From a virus, in IMG/VR virus record IMGVR_UViG_3300034954_001721: a stretch of DNA of 64,000 nt; one strand, 5' to 3'. The position numbers were made by a program, and so were the translations under genes. Below are positions 57,908 through 64,000 of the stretch, piece by piece. The first letter of the stretch is position 1. Every line of letters begins with the position of its first letter. The notes under the pieces were generated by a model. It was not told the origin of the DNA, did no database searches, and saw nothing but the letters and a program-made list of their open reading frames with translations.

Positions 57908-60900
57908 ATGGCTAATAATAGAGAGTTATCACAATTAGGTTCTATAGTTACAGTTGATGATTCTAATAGAAATCTTGGTATTGGAACCACAAATCCTAAC
58001 GCCATTGTAGGTGCTGATAACACTGCTAAGTTGAGTGTTGGAATCTTATCTGCTTATCAACTTTTTGGTGATGGAAGTAATCTAACTAATCTTCCTGCTG
58101 CTGGATTCCAACCAGATGCACAAGAGAATTTATATGCTGGAACAAGTGCTGGCGAATCTTCTGATGCTGACACTTGTTTTAATATTGGTATTGGTTATAG
58201 TGCTGGTGCATCATTAAATTCTGGTGATCAAAATATTTTCCTTGGATGTTGTGCTGGTAATTCTACTACTTCTGGTGGACATAACGTTTTCTTAGGATCA
58301 AAGGCTGGAGCTAATCATACTTCTGGATATTATAATATTGCTATTGGTAATTGTGCTAATGCTAGTGGAACAACTACAGGACAATATAATGTCTTTGTAG
58401 GTTGTAGTGCTGGTGATTGTGTAACGAGTGGATGTGATAATGTTTATCTTGGTCGTGGTGCTGGTAAATGTGTAACTACAGCAAGATGTAATATTGCTCT
58501 TGGATTCTTTGCTGGTAGTAAGAATCTGAGTGGACTTCATAATATTTTCTTTGGTAATAATGCTGGTGGAAATAGTTCATCAGGAAATAGTAATATCAAT
58601 ATTGGACAAAGAACAGGATTTTGTAATGCTGGTGGATGTTATAATAATTTCATAGGACATTATGCTGGATATTATAATACCACTGGTTGCACAAACAACT
58701 ACTTTGGTTATGCTGCAGGATACTCTAATACTACTGGATCTGCTAATAATATCTTTGGAGAAAATGCAGGATTTGATTTGGCGTCTGGTAGTAATAATGT
58801 TTTCATTGGAAATTATTCTGGAAAATCACAGACATCTGGAGATTGTAATATTGCTATTGGTCATAATGCATGTCTCCCCAATAAGACAGGAAGTTCTCAA
58901 TTAGCAATTGGTGCTGGTAGTACTAATTGGATTGCTGGTGATAGTTCCTTTAATGTAACGATTGCTGGTATTGCAACAGTCACAGCATCCACTGGTGTTG
59001 TTGAGGCAACTAAGTTTTGTGGTGATGGTTCTTGTTTAACTGGTCTTGGTGCTGCTGGATTCCAACCAGACTCACAAGAGAACTTATACGCTGGAACAAA
59101 TGCTGGAGCAGCATCAGATTCTGATACTTGTTTCAATATTGGTATTGGTTATAGTGCTGGATCTGCATTAAATTCTGGTGATAATAATATACTCTTAGGT
59201 TGTGAAGTTGGTAGATCCTTAACAAATGGATGCTATAATATCTTCCTTGGACTGGCTGCAGCAAAAAATACTACTAGTGGTACACATAACATTGTAATGG
59301 GTTATCTGGCTGGTTGTTCTACTAGTTTACTTGGTTCTGGTAATGTTATTCTGGGTAGTTCTGCTGCCAGGTCCATGACTGGTAATTGTAATATTGCTAT
59401 AGGATGTGATGCTAACTGGATAGGATGTGGTGGAGGTTGTAATATAATTCTTGGAAAAGCTGCAGGATATAAGAACTGTGGAAACTATAATGTCTTTTTA
59501 GGAAGGTATACTGGTGGTTATAACAGAACTGGTGCCTATAACGTCTTCCTCGGATGTGGGACAGGAAGTACCAATACTACTGGTGATTCTAACATTGCTA
59601 TTGGTTGTCAGGTGTCACTTCCATCTGCAACTGGTGATAAACAACTTGCAATTGGTAATGGGACAGATCGTTGGATTGCTGGTGATAATTCTTTCACTGT
59701 AACTATTGCCAATAAATTACTTGTTTATACTTCGGGTATTGTTACTGCATCTTCTGGTATTGTTACTTATTATGGTGATGGAAGTAATTTAACTGGTATT
59801 ACTGCAGATCAAGTAGGGGCTATTGGAAGTATAGTTAGTGATACAACACCACAACTTGGTGGAGACTTAGATGTAAATGGTAATGATATTTTTGGTACTG
59901 GTAATGTTAATCTTAGTGGTATTGTTACCGCAACTGCATTCCATACAGGTGCTGAAGGATCTGCAATTAGAGTTACATCAAACACAATCTCAGGTCCCGC
60001 AACTTTAACCATTGACCCTGCTGCTGTAGGTGATAATACAGGTAAGGTGGTAATTGCTGGTGATCTCCAAATTGATGGAACGACCACAACTGTGAATTCA
60101 ACCACGATGACAGTGGATGATAAAAACCTTGAGTTGGGCACAGGTGCTGCTAATGATGCTGCCGCAAACGGTGGTGGTATCACAATCGTATCTGGTGAAG
60201 GAAACAAGACATTCCAGTTTGAGGCAACGGGCGACAACTTAGGATCCTCTGAGAACCTAAACATTGCATCTGGTAAGGACTATAAGGTAAACAATGTATC
60301 AGTTCTTAATGCAACAACATTAGGATCCAGTGTAGTTAATTCTTCACTGACAAGTGTGGGAACACTTGGATCACTAAGAGTTTCTGGTGAGGCTGAGTTT
60401 GAGGATGATCTAAGAATATACAATGGCGAAGATATATTTTTCTATACTGGTACTGGAGGATCAGCAACTGCAGATATATTTGCTCACAGCGGTGGATTAA
60501 ACATAAATCAATTATCTGGAGACTTTAAGGTTGCGGTCACTGGCGGTAACAGCGATGGAGACTGTATTATGCAGCTTCCTACTGCCGGTAATTTTGTCGT
60601 CACAAACAATAATGTTGAAAAGTTAAATGTTAACAGTTCTGGTATTAATGTAACTGGTGTTGCTACATTTTCTGGTGATATAACTGCAAACGGAAATATT
60701 GTAGGTGATAACTCTACAAATATAACTGGTATTAATCAAGTAACTGCTACCACATTCTCTGGTGCTTTGAGTGGTAATGCAACGTCTGCAACCACTGCAA
60801 CTAATGTAACTGTAACGGCAAATAATGGTACTAATGAAACCGTATATCCAGTATTCGTTGATGGAGCTACTGGATCACAGGGTGCCGAAACTGATACTGC

Positions 60901-63085
60901 ATTAAGTTATAATCCATCAACGGATACTCTTACTGCTGGTACTTTTAGTGGTGCTTTGAGCGGTAATGGAGCAGCAATAACTGCTTTAAACGCAAGTGAA
61001 CTCTCTTCGGGTGTTGTGCCAGCAGCAAGAATGTCTGGATTATATAATATAGAGTCTGCTACCTTTACAGTAACTGCTAATAACTCTACAAATGAAACTG
61101 TATATCCAGTATTTGTAGACGGTGCTACCGGTTCTCAAGGTGCTGAAACTGATACTGGACTAAGTTATAATCCAAGTTCGGGTACATTATCTGCCACCAC
61201 ATACTTTGGTGATGGTTCAAATCTAACTGGTATTACTGCATCGGGAACTGGTGCTATTGGTGGTCTTACCGTAAAGGATGAGGGGTCTGTAGTTGGAACT
61301 GCTGGTAGTGTTAGCACCTTTGATTTTGTTGGTAGTTCCGTTGTTGTTGCTGCAACAAGTGGTGCTTCGGGTATTGCTACAGTTACTATTAGTAGTGAAT
61401 TTAATGCTGATGCTGACTTAAACTTATTTGCTTCTAATACTTGCTCCGGATGTAACCTTGACGGAACTAATGGTTGTTTTAATGTTTTCTTAGGTTGGTA
61501 TGCAGGAAAATCAGTTACAAGTGGTGATAATAATGTTTTCTTAGGAAAATGTGCCGGTAATTCTAATAATACTGGGGAATACAATTTATTCTTTGGTAAA
61601 TATGCAGGTAAAGAATTTACTGGTAATAGTTATGGCAATATTGCGATTGGATGTAAAGCAGCAAGTGAAGCAACGGGAGGTAATAATAATATATTCCTTG
61701 GTGGATATAATGTAAGGAATTTATCTGCCGGTGAAGATAACATAGTTATGGGCACTAGTGCCGGAGATTCTCTTACCACCGCATGTAGAAATATTTTTAT
61801 TGGATGTAAGGCAGGGCAAGACGCAACGACAGCAAAACATAATGTTTATGTCGGTACATACGCAGGAAAAGCTAGTGCAACAACATGCTATAATTCTTTC
61901 TTTGGTGGATTTGCTGGAGGTGAACATAGTGATGGAAATTATAATTTCTATGGTGGATATGCTGCTGGAGGATTAAAAGGAGCTTATAATGTTGCTTTTG
62001 GAAAATATGCAAGAAGAGAAAAATGTGGTGACCATAACATTGCCATGGGACAATGTGCCGCAGGTAAATGCACCGCATGTAATACTCATAATATTACTAT
62101 GGGTTATTTTTCAGCAGCATGTATTACCACCGGTAGTAATAATATTTTCTTAGGACAATGTACTGCTGCTACTGGAACAGTAACTGGTAATTGTAATGTT
62201 GTTATTGGTACGAATGCTGGTCTTGCATTAGCACAAGGGTCTTTCAACGTTGCTATTGGTCAGCAAGCACTTAAATGTAATATTAGTCAAAATTCAATTG
62301 TTGCTATAGGAAATGCGGCAGGATTGAACGCTACCAATGCTCAAACTTCAATTTTTATAGGAAATAAAGCAGGAACATGTCAAGGTAATGGAGTTAAAAA
62401 TTTATTCCTAGGATCCTATGCTGGTACAGGTAGTGGCACAGTTTCCCATAATGACGGGGATTGTAATACCTTCATAGGACACTATGCTGGAAATGCAACG
62501 TGTAGTGGTAGTAAAAATACTTTCCTTGGATACTCTGCTGGATGTAGTAATACTCAAGGTTGTTGCAATATTTTCATAGGACAACAAGCAGGAAATACAA
62601 ATACTACTGGAAATAAAAATATTGCTATTGGATGGGATGTAGAACTTCCAAGTGCCACAGGAGATAAGCAATTTGCAATAGGACATGAACAGGGTCGTTG
62701 GATTACTGGTGATAGTTCCTTTAACGTAACAGTATCGACCGCATCAACATTCTCAAGCAGTGGTATTAACGTTGTTGGTGTTGTAACTGCAACAGATTTC
62801 AACGCTACATCAGATGCAAGACTGAAGACTAATGTTCAGGTAATTTCAGATCCATTAGATAAAATTGTTAGAATTGATGGTGTATCTTTCGATTGGATTG
62901 AAAATAATAAACCATCGATGGGTGTTATTGCCGACAACATTGAAGAAGTTGTACCAGAACTGGTCAGCGATACCGATCCTAAGACGGTTAACTACAATGG
63001 TCTTATCGGTCTCCTGATTGAGGTTGTTAAGGAGCAGCAGACGCAGATTGATTCTCTCAACGAAAGATTATCTAGACTGGAATAA
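57908..63085 (+). CDS. Tail fibre/spike with three Cys-rich beta-roll blocks and C-terminal S74 intramolecular chaperone
   Basis: NxxxGxxAG repeats; C-terminal TSDARLKTN...GVIA...VNYNGLIGLLIE. Confidence 0.85.
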   Translation: MANNRELSQLGSIVTVDDSNRNLGIGTTNPNAIVGADNTAKLSVGILSAYQLFGDGSNLTNLPAAGFQPDAQENLYAGTSAGESSDADTCFNIGIGYSAGASLNSGDQNIFLGCCAGNSTTSGGHNVFLGSKAGANHTSGYYNIAIGNCANASGTTTGQYNVFVGCSAGDCVTSGCDNVYLGRGAGKCVTTARCNIALGFFAGSKNLSGLHNIFFGNNAGGNSSSGNSNINIGQRTGFCNAGGCYNNFIGHYAGYYNTTGCTNNYFGYAAGYSNTTGSANNIFGENAGFDLASGSNNVFIGNYSGKSQTSGDCNIAIGHNACLPNKTGSSQLAIGAGSTNWIAGDSSFNVTIAGIATVTASTGVVEATKFCGDGSCLTGLGAAGFQPDSQENLYAGTNAGAASDSDTCFNIGIGYSAGSALNSGDNNILLGCEVGRSLTNGCYNIFLGLAAAKNTTSGTHNIVMGYLAGCSTSLLGSGNVILGSSAARSMTGNCNIAIGCDANWIGCGGGCNIILGKAAGYKNCGNYNVFLGRYTGGYNRTGAYNVFLGCGTGSTNTTGDSNIAIGCQVSLPSATGDKQLAIGNGTDRWIAGDNSFTVTIANKLLVYTSGIVTASSGIVTYYGDGSNLTGITADQVGAIGSIVSDTTPQLGGDLDVNGNDIFGTGNVNLSGIVTATAFHTGAEGSAIRVTSNTISGPATLTIDPAAVGDNTGKVVIAGDLQIDGTTTTVNSTTMTVDDKNLELGTGAANDAAANGGGITIVSGEGNKTFQFEATGDNLGSSENLNIASGKDYKVNNVSVLNATTLGSSVVNSSLTSVGTLGSLRVSGEAEFEDDLRIYNGEDIFFYTGTGGSATADIFAHSGGLNINQLSGDFKVAVTGGNSDGDCIMQLPTAGNFVVTNNNVEKLNVNSSGINVTGVATFSGDITANGNIVGDNSTNITGINQVTATTFSGALSGNATSATTATNVTVTANNGTNETVYPVFVDGATGSQGAETDTALSYNPSTDTLTAGTFSGALSGNGAAITALNASELSSGVVPAARMSGLYNIESATFTVTANNSTNETVYPVFVDGATGSQGAETDTGLSYNPSSGTLSATTYFGDGSNLTGITASGTGAIGGLTVKDEGSVVGTAGSVSTFDFVGSSVVVAATSGASGIATVTISSEFNADADLNLFASNTCSGCNLDGTNGCFNVFLGWYAGKSVTSGDNNVFLGKCAGNSNNTGEYNLFFGKYAGKEFTGNSYGNIAIGCKAASEATGGNNNIFLGGYNVRNLSAGEDNIVMGTSAGDSLTTACRNIFIGCKAGQDATTAKHNVYVGTYAGKASATTCYNSFFGGFAGGEHSDGNYNFYGGYAAGGLKGAYNVAFGKYARREKCGDHNIAMGQCAAGKCTACNTHNITMGYFSAACITTGSNNIFLGQCTAATGTVTGNCNVVIGTNAGLALAQGSFNVAIGQQALKCNISQNSIVAIGNAAGLNATNAQTSIFIGNKAGTCQGNGVKNLFLGSYAGTGSGTVSHNDGDCNTFIGHYAGNATCSGSKNTFLGYSAGCSNTQGCCNIFIGQQAGNTNTTGNKNIAIGWDVELPSATGDKQFAIGHEQGRWITGDSSFNVTVSTASTFSSSGINVVGVVTATDFNATSDARLKTNVQVISDPLDKIVRIDGVSFDWIENNKPSMGVIADNIEEVVPELVSDTDPKTVNYNGLIGLLIEVVKEQQTQIDSLNERLSRLE
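59051..59130 (+). repeat. Near-identical repeat, also at 63651-63730 (diverged copy near 58097-58180)
   Basis: 78/80 nt identical by inspection. Confidence 0.9.
60805..61180 (+). repeat. Internal duplication VTANNxTNETVYPVFVDGATGSQGAETDTxLSYNPS x2
   Basis: Two copies at about 60805-60920 and 61065-61180. Confidence 0.85.
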
Positions 63086-63088
63086 TTC

Positions 63089-63095
63089 CTAAATA
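63089..63095 (+). promoter_or_regulatory. T4-like late promoter
   Basis: CTAAATA upstream of ATG 63135. Confidence 0.65.
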
Positions 63096-63134
63096 CTTGT
63101 ACTATTAACTACCCAGTGTATACGAGGACGGTAG

Positions 63135-64000
63135 ATGGCAATTAAGATATCGGGTTCTACTATAATTGATGATAGTAGAAATATTGTTAATGCAGGAGTG
63201 GTAACTGCTACATCATTTTCTGGTTCTGGTGCTTCACTGACTGCTGTTGATGCTGCCACTTTGGATGGTGTTGATTCTACTTCCTTCCTCCGCAGTGATG
63301 CTGCTGATTCCAAGAGTTCTGGTGATTTAACCTTCAACGACAATATTAAGGCTAGTTTTGGTACTGATGGTGACTTAAAGCTTTACAGTAATAATGTTCA
63401 TTCATATATTTCAAATTATTCTGGTCAATTGTTTATTGACCAGGAAGTTGGCGATGGATATATTAACATAAGAAACGATAATGGTAGTGGTTCACCGACA
63501 GATTATATTGTCGCTCATGGTGGTAGTGGTGAGGTTAGACTTTATCATTATGGTACTCAGAAACTTGCCACTAAGTCCACTGGTGTGACTGTTAGTGGTA
63601 GCTTGTGTGCTACTACGCTTTATGGTGATGGAAGTAATATAACTAATATTGCTGCTGGATTCTCACCAGACTCACAAGAGAACTTATACGCTGGAACAAA
63701 TGCTGGAGCAGCATCAGATTCTGATACTTGCTACAATATAGCACTTGGTTGTAGTGCTGGTAATGCATTAAATTCTGGTGATTATAATGTATTCTTGGGT
63801 AATGCAGCAGGTCAAGCAGTCACCAGTGGTACTGCTAATATCTTCCTTGGACGTGATGCAGGATACTGTACTACCGATGGGGGATGTGTTTTTGCTGCAG
63901 GTTTTTATGCTGCAAAGTGTCGTAATAGTAACAATGATATCTTTATTGGTACTTATGCCGGTATGGGTTGCAACGGAGCAACTGGTGGATGTAACATTGC
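63135..64000 (+). CDS. Tail-fibre-like protein, partial (runs off the window; not in ORF track)
   Basis: MAIKISGSTIIDDSRNI...ATLDGVDSTSFLRSDAAD...QENLYAG; GAGG SD. Confidence 0.85.
   Translation, partial: MAIKISGSTIIDDSRNIVNAGVVTATSFSGSGASLTAVDAATLDGVDSTSFLRSDAADSKSSGDLTFNDNIKASFGTDGDLKLYSNNVHSYISNYSGQLFIDQEVGDGYINIRNDNGSGSPTDYIVAHGGSGEVRLYHYGTQKLATKSTGVTVSGSLCATTLYGDGSNITNIAAGFSPDSQENLYAGTNAGAASDSDTCYNIALGCSAGNALNSGDYNVFLGNAAGQAVTSGTANIFLGRDAGYCTTDGGCVFAAGFYAAKCRNSNNDIFIGTYAGMGCNGATGGCNI

Noticed and set aside
63089-63343. Minus-strand 84 aa ORF
   Set aside because: Antisense of the partial plus-strand fibre gene starting at 63135
57908-64000. Diversity-generating retroelement TR/VR pair
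   Set aside because: No reverse transcriptase in the window; both repeat copies are coding and differences are not adenine-specific

Overview
This is a 64 kb segment of a large T4-like marine cyanomyovirus (Kyanoviridae-type), most likely infecting Synechococcus. It carries psbA and psbD, gnd, zwf, talC, petE, petF, PTOX and hli, six tRNAs, T4 late promoters (TAAATA) and sigma70-like early promoters. From left to right: (1) 1-6.9 kb, small membrane/secreted hypothetical genes, an SNase-like nuclease, a minus-strand trio of signal-peptide proteins, a 2OG-Fe(II) oxygenase and a SleB-like hydrolase; (2) 6.9-14.9 kb, tRNA region (Arg, Asn, Thr, Gly, Val, Pro) with structured non-coding RNAs, a mini outer-membrane barrel and a PTOX-gnd-ndhP-zwf block (ndhP is missing from the ORF track); (3) 15.0-38.4 kb, a ~23 kb sugar-nucleotide and glycosyltransferase island (gmd, fcl, GT11, GT61, GT2 x2, GT47, GT6, GT25 x2, methyltransferases, heptose pathway, two BcbE/F-like modules); (4) 38.4-47.8 kb, photosynthesis/carbon genes including a full-length glycogen phosphorylase directly upstream of psbA-psbD; (5) 47.8-64 kb, an HNH gene and a late structural region with very large tail-fibre-like proteins, a subtilase, blue-copper-like domains and Cys-rich beta-roll repeats. 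Best candidates for novelty: phage glgP completing a glycogen-to-OPPP route, the ~245 nt structured RNA between tRNA-Asn and tRNA-Thr, the minus-strand secreted fibre/pore-like trio, and the metal/thiol-rich fibre proteins. All family assignments come from recognising motifs by eye; no searches were run.
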